A stretch of DNA of 64,000 nucleotides from a virus. Taxonomy: Duplodnaviria; Caudoviricetes. The translations under genes and the position numbers were made by a program. The notes below the pieces were generated by a model. It did no database searches. It had not been told where the DNA came from and saw only the letters and a list, made by a program, of their open reading frames with translations. Below are positions 38,501 through 46,410 of this stretch, piece after piece. Location: the IMG/VR virus record IMGVR_UViG_2870282538_000006, positions 29,068-93,067 of that record; one strand, 5' to 3'. Within the stretch, counting starts at the first letter, position 1. Every line of letters starts with the position of its first letter.

Positions 38501-39307
38501 AATGGCACGAGTTTGTAAGAACTTCTGTTCACGTGTTAATTGATTCTCACCTTGAAGAATAGGGAGATTATAATCCATAGACACGATGTAACGCATATCT
38601 CTAACACGATCAACTTTAACACCTTGTTCTGAAAGATCTTTTGCTTTATGTTTATCAAGAACCTCAATTTCACCAGTCACTTCATTGCGTGTAATGAATA
38701 CATATCTTTTGCAAAGCGCATCAATTAGATGATTCTGTGCCCGCAACTCTAAACGTGGTTTAATGACAACTTCTTTATTACCATTGATATCTTCCATAGC
38801 AGCTGAAACCAGGTCAGACACCCATACTAATGCCATTTCTCTTGTAGGGACTGTTACATAGTATGGATTGTACTCAGAAGCAAACTTCTTCATTACAGAA
38901 ACATGAGACAGTTCAAGATATTTCTCAGGCGTTTTGCAAATATCAATTAATTTTACACCTTTGGCCATCACTTTAGATACATCTGCAACTACAGTGTCAG
39001 ACTTAGCTGCAAGTACAGCAAAAGCTTCTTTAGTAGTCTTCACTTTCTTACCTTCTCTATTAACCTCTACTTGTTTGAATACTGGTTGATATGACATAAT
39101 TTCCACTCCTTTATCGTTTTCACTCTTAATAATCTCAACAGCCTCAACACCTAATTCTTTTGCAATATCAACTAGTTCTTGTTTTCTTAACTGTGAAACA
39201 CCAGAAACCTTAAGTTGATTAGTGATCATACGTTGAAGCGGTTTACGGTTTACTTCCTCGATAGAGATTGTTTTAACGATTGATTGAGCAGTTTGATTTT
39301 TAGACAT
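35528..39307 (-). CDS. YonO-like single-subunit two-barrel RNA polymerase (RdRP-like fold), ~1259 aa
   Basis: QVRITPATKG, RNPKIS, QGGADFDGD catalytic loop, IG...N, EIDRPKHG; AAAGGAGG SD before MSKNQ at 39307. Confidence 0.88.
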   Translation of the reverse strand: MSKNQTAQSIVKTISIEEVNRKPLQRMITNQLKVSGVSQLRKQELVDIAKELGVEAVEIIKSENDKGVEIMSYQPVFKQVEVNREGKKVKTTKEAFAVLAAKSDTVVADVSKVMAKGVKLIDICKTPEKYLELSHVSVMKKFASEYNPYYVTVPTREMALVWVSDLVSAAMEDINGNKEVVIKPRLELRAQNHLIDALCKRYVFITRNEVTGEIEVLDKHKAKDLSEQGVKVDRVRDMRYIVSMDYNLPILQGENQLTREQKFLQTRAIINGVFFEFNGVMLNAEYFMASASERRTVMGTHIVGLDAVEALHTLGMDFRQFAKYDGVKYTLDMIKAPTRFGLASTSSVPSSLIKIGNQIEEYENGEYVIVGGTHTMKIVDDVYSYVRTGKYMAFDAAQDKFIVLDASEVPFKRNVTDGLIFADASVQFALNAEFGKLISAEQVRITPATKGLVVFVPALKDMVGHDLLAFESATKGNYKTLLRTNPDFNIEFRIAIFGKNAKDDKKKVNIPYQMIQTMFDQSHVDALKAKLDVEIEEAFRVYDSPEKLSEYLGTKTIELYEGVSEDELSDEQREQIDNTLVSLFTNFFYTGELIMEDPYFKKRLLDIIENMIKAWTRGSLPIEGHYRFMVTDVYAVMEAYRMGSYAKKYGYDSKFIDDNGDVIVPPHVGLAAEHVVMVDDQDKHFVTEQDIIFNRNPKISTKETAKARGTVTKEYVEARKKYSFAFNNLVFFSCHDFNVVKQGGADFDGDKCHATTDPVVVAAYKDLPALLDLTYIDGEFVEGCPWQPKTKAEFDFFGSKYRSDVIVNGMPYNDEFKVMFTDEDYNLDFARKMHELSKVFVLRSLEPNQIGQLTNYATQILSAISRLQWSLVNGVDVDSKPLTDQMRKLYEDEIAMMDVMVDKLRLAQGWEIDRPKHGGAFWQYFNLKFVEDVDYFPTFATYTYVSPKGQEITRYAPLEWHKSARSANSLELKDGLVFPSLMQQLRSHVLFMFTAKVKARFNQLNPSSDSNNLIYRFAPVANVNDHGMVEAVLKMITPIFKEYGQAQVEIMNVRSRFEEQRELMNFTGKHEAEVYNRRMKHEINRLMDKAVRTAQAKVKALPFDEASIAYIAYAKKYRDYRPEKAASPASGLSFPWIVCRDGMLELVARVSGKSTQHVRLEKVEPAPVKIRFRSFEMSAEKVALKFKSATQAAVWYHVDEMTGNYLPFVYVGKERIGILVEESAYYFTGSEKFAYQFENFELSSTGKSASAILNNVERF

Positions 39308-39453
39308 TTGAATGTCCTCCTTTGATTTTGGGTATTTGATTTGGGTCTGGTAGTTTAACGACATTCCGGTCAAACATTACACAAACAGCAAAAAAGGCAC
39401 GTTCATAAGAGAACCTGCCGAAACGGAAACCATATAAATGTATAGAAAAAAAC

Positions 39454-39759
39454 TTACTTGTTATTACATATATACATAAGACAATAGTTAATCACTTGTA
39501 CTACCGTATAGAAGAAGGAGTCATATAAATCATCTTCAGAGAGTAGCAGTTCGTACTTCTCTATCACCCATGCAAACTGTTCCTTTACATGGTCATCACA
39601 TAATACATATGCCATCTTCATAATAGAGAAAGCTTCATCCAAGTGAAACGAATCTTTATTACTCTCAAAGTATGCACCTATGTGATAAACTGCTTTCTCT
39701 AATTCACTTACTATATCAACTCTCTTTACCTTACGTGTAAATAACATCATCAAGCACAA
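39454..39759 (-). CDS. hypothetical protein
   Basis: ORF with GAGG SD. Confidence 0.6.
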   Translation of the reverse strand: MCLMMLFTRKVKRVDIVSELEKAVYHIGAYFESNKDSFHLDEAFSIMKMAYVLCDDHVKEQFAWVIEKYELLLSEDDLYDSFFYTVVQVINYCLMYICNNK

Positions 39760-39899
39760 CTACCTCTCTCATCAGATATCATATTAAACTTATCTTACTG
39801 GTAATAGTAAAAAAGCACTACGACTTTTTATCGACAAATTTCATTCCTTATTAAAGAAATAACCTTAAATATAACCAAATTATAAGGGATTAACCAACA

Positions 39900-40312
39900 A
39901 ATTGCTGATACTGGAACTCTGCACGAAACCTTGGGAAAACGGTCATTCATTACACTCTTTCATGTCCAGGTGGGTGTGCTCCTCTATCCACTGGAGGTCA
40001 TATAAGGCAGTCCAGCAACTGAGCAGAGTTACCCAAGGGTTTTATCACCTGGGAGAGAGAACACCTGTTAGAAGGATCAAGAGTGCCCTTCTCGTAGAAG
40101 GTATCTCCCATACAAGGTAACCAAGAGAGCTACCCTCTAGAAAGAAGGGCACTATAGAGTGGACTCTCATACAGTGCCTGTATAGGATATTAGAGTAATA
40201 GGGGTTTTCCCTATAAGGTAAACGATTTGATATTCTTTATAACCTTTGCTGTTAACGCCGAGGCATACACTGTATAGGTTTGATTTCTTTATAGGACAGT
40301 ATCCTAGCAATT
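39900..40312. ncRNA. candidate large multi-pseudoknot non-coding element
   Basis: Closing helix 39900-13/40297-312 and many internal helices. Confidence 0.55.
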
Positions 40313-40346
40313 CACCTTTACTGATAACTTCTTGGTATGTCATGTA

Positions 40347-40556
40347 TTACACTTCCTTTCTGAATGTGATAACTGTGTAGCCTTCATGGTCGATATCAAA
40401 GAAAGCGTGACAATCTTTCACTAGGAAGTCGATGTGATGTGGTTGATATCCCATGCGAAGAAGATCTCCGTATTTCACAGACTTTCCTGTTTTGTGGATA
40501 TAAGCGAATAGGTTGTTAAGTTTAATTAGTTTGTTTGCCATTTTAAATTCCTCCAA
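40347..40556 (-). CDS. hypothetical protein (start probably MANKLIK)
   Basis: GGAGG SD. Confidence 0.65.
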   Translation of the reverse strand: MEEFKMANKLIKLNNLFAYIHKTGKSVKYGDLLRMGYQPHHIDFLVKDCHAFFDIDHEGYTVITFRKEV

Positions 40557-40690
40557 TGTTCGGTTTTATTTTATTTGTATGCTAATTACCCCCTAGTGGG
40601 AGTATCATGGTATTCTTCATAAGTCGTATGATATTCAAGTTAAAGATAAATAATGTTCGGTTATTGATATATCACCTCCAAGAAGCGGGA

Positions 40691-41038
40691 ATCCCTATAG
40701 AGGGGTGCACCTTGTAGGCTACCGCCTATGGCACTGCTGCTTACCTAACAGCCTACTGATACGTGGGTTCTCCACTAACCACATCCATGGCAATATCAGC
40801 ACATAGTATGTTCCTCTGTTTAAGCACTCACTCTGTGCTAGGGTGTACTACATCACCACTAAGAGGTGGGCTTTGGATACAACCCGCTCGTGCCACGCCC
40901 ACTCGCTGGCCCTTTCGGGTGGAAGTTGCCTTGTCACCCCGTTCACACATCTTCCTGCTGTATGAAGGGGCTATAGGCAAGTGCCTGAATACCTGTCTTC
41001 ATCACAGGAAAGCTATTCAGACCCTTGCCTATAGGGAT
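40691..41038 (+). ncRNA. candidate large structured non-coding element
   Basis: Closing helix ATCCCTATAG/CTATAGGGAT; G-U pairs favour + strand. Confidence 0.5.
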
Positions 41039-41052
41039 CTATCCAAGCCATA

Positions 41053-41691
41053 TTAGGCCAGAATCAGATATTGAATATTAAGAAAGCCATATGCTAATGC
41101 TGCGTACACATAAGAAGCGGCCACAGCAGAGAAATAAAACAATAAATAAATAGACATAGCACCTACAGTGGTGTATGCCATAGATTGAAACATAAGAGTA
41201 TTCAGCAACTGAATATGATCTATATGTGCCTTCTCACGTTTAGTTTTAATCAATTGGTGCAGATACATGATTGAGGTGTATATACTGCCGCTTCCTAAGA
41301 TGGCCATACCTAATCCACTAGTAAATGAACCTGCTAATGTGAGTGATATGAATCCTACACATGACTTAAACGCATGCTTCTTCATGAAGGTGTACACTTT
41401 GCGAGCTGGTTTCTTTAACTTGTTAAGTGTATTACTTGCTTGTGTCATGATAGATCGATACATGGAAGCTATCTTATGACCCTTATCAGGGTCTTTTGTG
41501 TATGCTTCCTCTTCAGTCGTGGATGTATGATGGCTACCGCCATCCCTTAGACTATTGAAAATCGATTCCACGTCATCAGTGTTTCTTACATAATCCATTG
41601 TTCTCTGTTGAAAGTGTTCAGAGCAGTAAGTCATTCCACCTCCAACAGATACATTGCATCCTTCTTCTTTACATTGAATGAATTCTTTCAT
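41053..41691 (-). CDS. membrane protein with N-terminal Cys/His (Zn-finger-like) motif
   Basis: CxxxxC...YCSEH; C-terminal TM helices; AGGAGG SD. Confidence 0.75.
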   Translation of the reverse strand: MKEFIQCKEEGCNVSVGGGMTYCSEHFQQRTMDYVRNTDDVESIFNSLRDGGSHHTSTTEEEAYTKDPDKGHKIASMYRSIMTQASNTLNKLKKPARKVYTFMKKHAFKSCVGFISLTLAGSFTSGLGMAILGSGSIYTSIMYLHQLIKTKREKAHIDHIQLLNTLMFQSMAYTTVGAMSIYLLFYFSAVAASYVYAALAYGFLNIQYLILA

Positions 41692-42059
41692 CTTGATTCC
41701 TCCTAATCGTGGTATGGTTTGTTTTAGTTGTCACCTGACGAGGCCAAGCCCTCTCGTGCAGGGGGGGGTGGGCTCCAAACGCCACTAGGGGACAACATAA
41801 AACAACCACATACCCCTCGAAAATTTTTTATAAAAAAATCGCCTATATAGGAGTTTCCCTATGTTATACTTGATTTATTATGAAATGCATTACATTTAAG
41901 AAAGAGGGGGATGAGGAGTATCAGAGTCAGGAAAAGAAATTACTAAGTCAGTGAAAGCCAACTTCACCATGGATCAAATTAAAGAATTTAAAAATGAATT
42001 AGTACGGATAATCGATCGAATGGAAAAGAAGTTTTAATTTAAGAAGGAGGCATTTACAA

Positions 42060-42236
42060 ATGGATAATTTTCAGAAGGATTTGTTGAAAGTTATTGATGA
42101 AAAATTAGCCGATTTGTACTTCGAGATGAGAGAGCTTGATCGGAAGTATATTGAGAAGCAGAAAGAAGTTCGCCTTCTTAAAAAAAGGAAAGAAGAATAT
42201 AACAGACTTAAAGAACAATCTTCATCTAAGAAATAA
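42060..42236 (+). CDS. 58-aa coiled-coil protein (MDNFQKDLL...)
   Basis: AAGGAGG SD; below ORF-track cutoff. Confidence 0.65.
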   Translation: MDNFQKDLLKVIDEKLADLYFEMRELDRKYIEKQKEVRLLKKRKEEYNRLKEQSSSKK

Positions 42237-42283
42237 AGATGGTGTCATACTTATCGTTATGTTGTTGAAATAATTAAAAGAAA

Positions 42284-43092
42284 TTGAGGTATAAAAAAAT
42301 GAAAAAGAAAAGTGTATTGAAGAGAAAAATTCGCATTAAAGAAAAGAATGCTCCGAGAGTAAAAGACTTTGATCCATGTGTTATGCATACTGATAAAAAT
42401 AATATTGATGAAAGCAACACATTGTCAGACAGTCATGAAACCATTAAAAAATTAATGGAATTATTCCAATCAACAGGCTATCCGTTAAGTTCTGATATCG
42501 AACCTTATCAAGTTCCTATTATTTCACTTATCAAGTTGTATGAGCAAAAAATCCAAGAAAAAGAAAGCCTTGTTGAAATTTTGGATCAGCTTGTTAAAGA
42601 TCTAGAAGGACATCAAAGAGATCTAAGAAGATTAGAGAAAGAGCAGCAATCGTATCATAGTATGATCCAAACACTACTCGATGACAATACAGCACAAAAC
42701 CTGATTAAAATGGCTGAAAGAAAAATCAAAAAAGAAAAAGATAAGTCTGAAATACCAACTGAATAAAGATATAAAGGGATGAAACGATGAACCTGGTTGA
42801 AGAGTATATGCGGCGGCAAGGGACATGGGAAGGCGATTATATATTAGAGCGTACACCCCCAGATTTAGCAGGCATTGCATTTGGTCATTTAGATGCAGAG
42901 CCAGCATACTATTGGGATAAGAAGGATCGCATTCACAGTGCAATAGAACATTGGAAAGCAACAGGGGATCTTAAGTTATATCAATTTGATTTTAAAACAA
43001 TGAGAGAAGAGGAAATAATTGAAAAGCCCTCAGTTGTTAGACTGTTGACTTTCGAAAAGGAATATCTGAATAGAAGAATGTCCTGCTTATAA
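42284..43092 (+). CDS. two hypothetical proteins (42284-42766, 42787-43092)
   Basis: Co-oriented ORFs. Confidence 0.65.
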
Positions 43093-43123
43093 AGCAGGGC
43101 TTTTCTGATGAGAGGGATACATC

Positions 43124-43510
43124 ATGGAATTAATTGAAGAGTATTTGACGCAAGTCCAAAAAATAGGTGGCATATATGTGTTGCAAGTGAATGATTATGT
43201 GCCATTAGATCAAAGACAGCAGCTTATTGATAAATGGCATGATATATATGGAGAAGAATTAGTAATTATTCCACAGGACTTTAAAATTCATTATCGTAAT
43301 AGGTATAGCTTTTATATTGCGATGATTCTTGTTAAAATGGGGTATAAGGTTACTAGACAGAAATGGGTAAAGAATGAAAAAACAGACAGCGAATTCACTC
43401 ACATTGAAATGGTGGATGATATTGTTCAGATCAAGAGAAATGGTGAGCTACAGACGTATGTTATAAGTGATGACGACATGGAAGCAGAAGATTTCACTAT
43501 AATGATTTAG
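43124..43510 (+). CDS. protein with C-terminal DUF2829/Tad2-like domain
   Basis: FYIAM..VKMGYKVTRQKW...ISDDDMEAEDF resembles the F..A....G.KV.R..W...D..AEDW pattern. Confidence 0.55.
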   Translation: MELIEEYLTQVQKIGGIYVLQVNDYVPLDQRQQLIDKWHDIYGEELVIIPQDFKIHYRNRYSFYIAMILVKMGYKVTRQKWVKNEKTDSEFTHIEMVDDIVQIKRNGELQTYVISDDDMEAEDFTIMI

Positions 43511-43522
43511 GGGGAATAAAAA

Positions 43523-44185
43523 TTGGAATTAATCACCTTGTATAATGAAACATTAGAAAAACAAAAGAATCTTAGAATAATTAACAAAAGAAAAAAAGTA
43601 TTATCACAAGTAAGAGAAGAGTGGCTGCCTTTCTTGGAATCTGAATCTCACACCGTATCTGTTTATGCTGGCCGTGGAATGGGAAAGACTCATAACACTG
43701 TATCGAGAGTTTTGCTATCTGAACATGATTGTATTGTTTATTGCAATTCTGAATCTGAAAGGAGAATGCTTTGCAGAGATATCGATGTACGATGGGAAAA
43801 TGAATGTCTGTATAAGAATAGACATATTAAAGTTCTAAATATCAATAGTGAGCTTAGTGAACACTTGCTGTACCAACTTGAGGGTAAAGAAGTCATTTTT
43901 CATGAGTTTGACTCTTATGAATTTTGTAGATATGTTGAGCTTTATCGTAATCTGTTAAGTAGGGCAGAACATATAGTATGTGTAGGAACCCTTATTGATC
44001 TCGATAAAAAGTTATCAGCAAAATTGTGGTTTAGGGATTCTGATGTGAAGTATTTTATTGACGGTTATATATATAGATCGGGTTTATCTGGTCCGCAAGC
44101 ATATCCTTCTCATTATAAGGGGTTTATTGATCGATTACCTCCAAGCAGTTATTCATTTGAATTAAATAATTTTCTTGATTCTTAA
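43523..44185 (+). CDS. degenerate terminase-ATPase-like P-loop protein
   Basis: AGRGMGKT Walker A; VIFHEFD at Walker B; VGT. Confidence 0.5.
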   Translation: MELITLYNETLEKQKNLRIINKRKKVLSQVREEWLPFLESESHTVSVYAGRGMGKTHNTVSRVLLSEHDCIVYCNSESERRMLCRDIDVRWENECLYKNRHIKVLNINSELSEHLLYQLEGKEVIFHEFDSYEFCRYVELYRNLLSRAEHIVCVGTLIDLDKKLSAKLWFRDSDVKYFIDGYIYRSGLSGPQAYPSHYKGFIDRLPPSSYSFELNNFLDS

Positions 44186-44309
44186 ATTAAGTATTGTAAT
44201 GCATTACATTTTATATTATATTATAGACATGGGTGATTTATTTTCCGATTTGTTTTTCTCCGGTAGCACACAATGTCACACTTGAGTGCATGTTATATGC
44301 ACTCACCAT

Positions 44310-44373
44310 ATAGGCTTGAAGGTACACAGCAGTTATAACTGTTGGTTGGGTTCAATTCCCACAGCCTATTCCA
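44310..44373 (+). ncRNA. tRNA-like element lacking a D-arm
   Basis: Acceptor ATAGGCT/AGCCTAT-T-CCA, canonical TTCAATT T-loop, 7-bp stem with TATA loop. Confidence 0.6.
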
Positions 44374-44456
44374 TGGGGTACAGCCTACCACCTATATATC
44401 TATTTATTCAGATGCGGTTTTTGTGACTGGGTTTCCGTACAAAAAACTCTTGTGAT

Positions 44457-44531
44457 TGACTCGTAGCTCAATGGTGGAGCTCCCGGCTGTTAACCGGGTG
44501 GTTGCAGGTTCGAGTCCTGCCGGGTCAGCCA
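44457..44531 (+). tRNA. tRNA-Asn(GTT)
   Basis: Full cloverleaf, CCCGG-CTGTTAA-CCGGG, encoded CCA. Confidence 0.96.
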
Positions 44532-44532
44532 A

Positions 44533-44608
44533 GGGTCCTTAGTTCAGTTGGTAGAACGCCCTGCTCATAACGGGGTAGTCGAAGGTTCAAGTCCTTCAGG
44601 ACCCACCA
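44533..44608 (+). tRNA. tRNA with CAT anticodon (Ile2-like acceptor; elongator Met not excluded)
   Basis: GGGTCCT/AGGACCC-A-CCA, CTCATAA loop. Confidence 0.93.
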
Positions 44609-44763
44609 TATCATCCTTTCTGCTATTTTGGTTCGGACGAGGAGATCTTTTTATCTCCATATCCATAAAGATATAAAAAAGGGTTTTTCGACATCTCCTC
44701 CCTTCTTATATCTTTATGGGTGCGGGGAATGCACTCATTTCTCTAAATCGCTTCCGTTCATGG

Positions 44764-44800
44764 AAAAGCACCTAAGCCTAGCACCGCTTAGGTGCTTTTT
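44764..44800 (+). terminator. intrinsic terminator of tRNA/sRNA transcript
   Basis: AAAAGCACCTAAGC/GCTTAGGTGCTTTT plus U-run. Confidence 0.85.
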
Positions 44801-44846
44801 ATTTTGCTTGATAATAGGACAGGTACTATGGTAAGATTATCCGTAG

Positions 44847-44880
44847 GTTGACAAAATGAACAATGTTGACAAAATGAACA
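44847..44880 (+). repeat. tandem 16-bp direct repeat (parC-like/operator)
   Basis: GTTGACAAAATGAACA at 44847 and 44865, between TTGATA-18-TAAGAT promoter and SD. Confidence 0.8.
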
Positions 44881-44901
44881 TTGTGATCAGGAGGATAATA
44901 G

Positions 44902-46065
44902 ATGACGACAAAAACAAGTAAGAAAGAAAAAGTGTCTATGCCTTATTTAGTTGCAGTAGATATTGGCTTTGGTGAATTGAAAAGAATTTCAAGTGAGTTC
45001 CCAGAAGCTGTCGCAATTCCTAGTGCAATTGTGCCAGGAGCAAAACCGACTGGAAATAAGTTAATAGATCACGAGACAATCAAAGATGAATCGCTGATCG
45101 TTACAACAAGTGAAGGAACCTTCTTTGTCGGTGAGCATGCAATGAAGATCCCTACTAGTGTAAGCAAGCGAACTCAAATCAGAGATCGTGCAAATGATCC
45201 AATGAGCCGTGTTTTATTCCAAACAGGTATTGCATTAGGTGTGCCTCATGAGAGCGGAGAATATGATGTGGCTGTTGTGACAGGCTTGCCAAATGAGGAC
45301 TTTGATTTAACAGTCAAAGAGAAGTTGGAAGAATTCTTAAATAATTCGTTTGAAGTTGAGTTCCATTTAAGTGCTAATCATTCAATTAAAAAGAAAATTA
45401 ACATCACAAGTGTAGACATAATTAGACAGCCGGAAGGTTCAGTTACATATAATCAGTTTGAATTCGATCCTGAACAATTCCTTGTTCCAAGTGATGACGC
45501 TAAAACTATTGTTGGTATCATCGACTTTGGCCATTTCACAACAGACTTTGCTTTATTCCAAGATGGAGTCATTATTGAGGATGCAACGACTAATGGCTCA
45601 ACAATTGGAGTAACTGATGTTTATAATAAACTAAAGCATAAACTAAGAATTAAATTTGATGAGATGGGATACGAATTCAGAGCGAGTGACAGTGATTTAG
45701 ATAAAGCAATCCGTAGTAGTAAGGTTTACTATATGGGAGAAGAACACGATGTCAAGGAAGAGGTAGAAGCAAGTGCAAAAGAAGTAGCTGCCACTATTGC
45801 TAAAGCTGTTCTTGATGCTTGGGGCAACGAAACAAACCGTTTGGAATTAATCATTATTTCTGGAGGAGGTTCGCACGTATTCTCTAAATATATTGAAGCT
45901 GAATTTGAGGCTAGAAATAAACAAGGATTCCAAGTTTTAGATGCACCTCAATTTTCAAATGTGTTAGGTTTCTATATGTATGGTTGCATTTCTCTATCTG
46001 ATACTTTCGCTGAAGACAAAGTTTATACTGAATATGTAAACACAGTTTTCGGGGGAGAGGCTTAA
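44902..46065 (+). CDS. parM: ParM/StbA-family actin-like ATPase
   Basis: VDIGFGELK, VTGLP, QPEG, IDFGHFTTD, SGGGS, NVLGF. Confidence 0.92.
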   Translation: MTTKTSKKEKVSMPYLVAVDIGFGELKRISSEFPEAVAIPSAIVPGAKPTGNKLIDHETIKDESLIVTTSEGTFFVGEHAMKIPTSVSKRTQIRDRANDPMSRVLFQTGIALGVPHESGEYDVAVVTGLPNEDFDLTVKEKLEEFLNNSFEVEFHLSANHSIKKKINITSVDIIRQPEGSVTYNQFEFDPEQFLVPSDDAKTIVGIIDFGHFTTDFALFQDGVIIEDATTNGSTIGVTDVYNKLKHKLRIKFDEMGYEFRASDSDLDKAIRSSKVYYMGEEHDVKEEVEASAKEVAATIAKAVLDAWGNETNRLELIIISGGGSHVFSKYIEAEFEARNKQGFQVLDAPQFSNVLGFYMYGCISLSDTFAEDKVYTEYVNTVFGGEA

Positions 46066-46253
46066 TGGCCAAAGATAGGTTATATGCACGGATTAGAAAA
46101 GGGGATGACCTCCTCAGAGATCACTTTTCTAAGATAAAAGAAAGCGACCATTCATATGAAGTTCGCCGGTTACTGGAGAAAGCAATAAAAATTGAAAGAA
46201 AACAAAAGGAAATGATTGAGGACGAAGAAATTCACGTAAAGCATGACTCTTAA
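46065..46253 (+). CDS. small ribbon-helix-helix-like adaptor (ParR-like)
   Basis: RLYARIRK...SYEVRRLLEKAI; coupled to parM; terminator follows. Confidence 0.7.
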   Translation: MAKDRLYARIRKGDDLLRDHFSKIKESDHSYEVRRLLEKAIKIERKQKEMIEDEEIHVKHDS

Positions 46254-46410
46254 ATGAGTCGTGCTTTTTTTTATGCCATCTGAGTGAATTATAGAAAATT
46301 AGAGCTTCAAGGTAAAATGATATTAGGAGATACCGCACCACCTCATCTAAGACCGTTGGCACAGGGAGGATTGAGTTGGGTATCTTTTTTTATTTAAAGG
46401 AGGGAAAAGC

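Noticed and set aside
39308-39373. ORF-track start of the polymerase at 39373
   Set aside because: The strong SD (AAAGGAGG) precedes ATG 39307; the extra 22 codons are probably leader.
40255-40261. UCGGCGU on the - strand as target of the cloverleaf sRNA loop ACGCCGA
   Set aside because: Only 7 nt, expected by chance in 64 kb, and no second pairing segment was found.
39900-40312. RNase P RNA or group I intron
   Set aside because: GAGAGUCC on the - strand resembles RNase P CR-I, but no CR-V partner or P7 intron core could be found.
41735-41790. CTGACGA as a hammerhead ribozyme core
   Set aside because: No GAAA after a stem II and no three-way junction; it fits a simple long hairpin instead.
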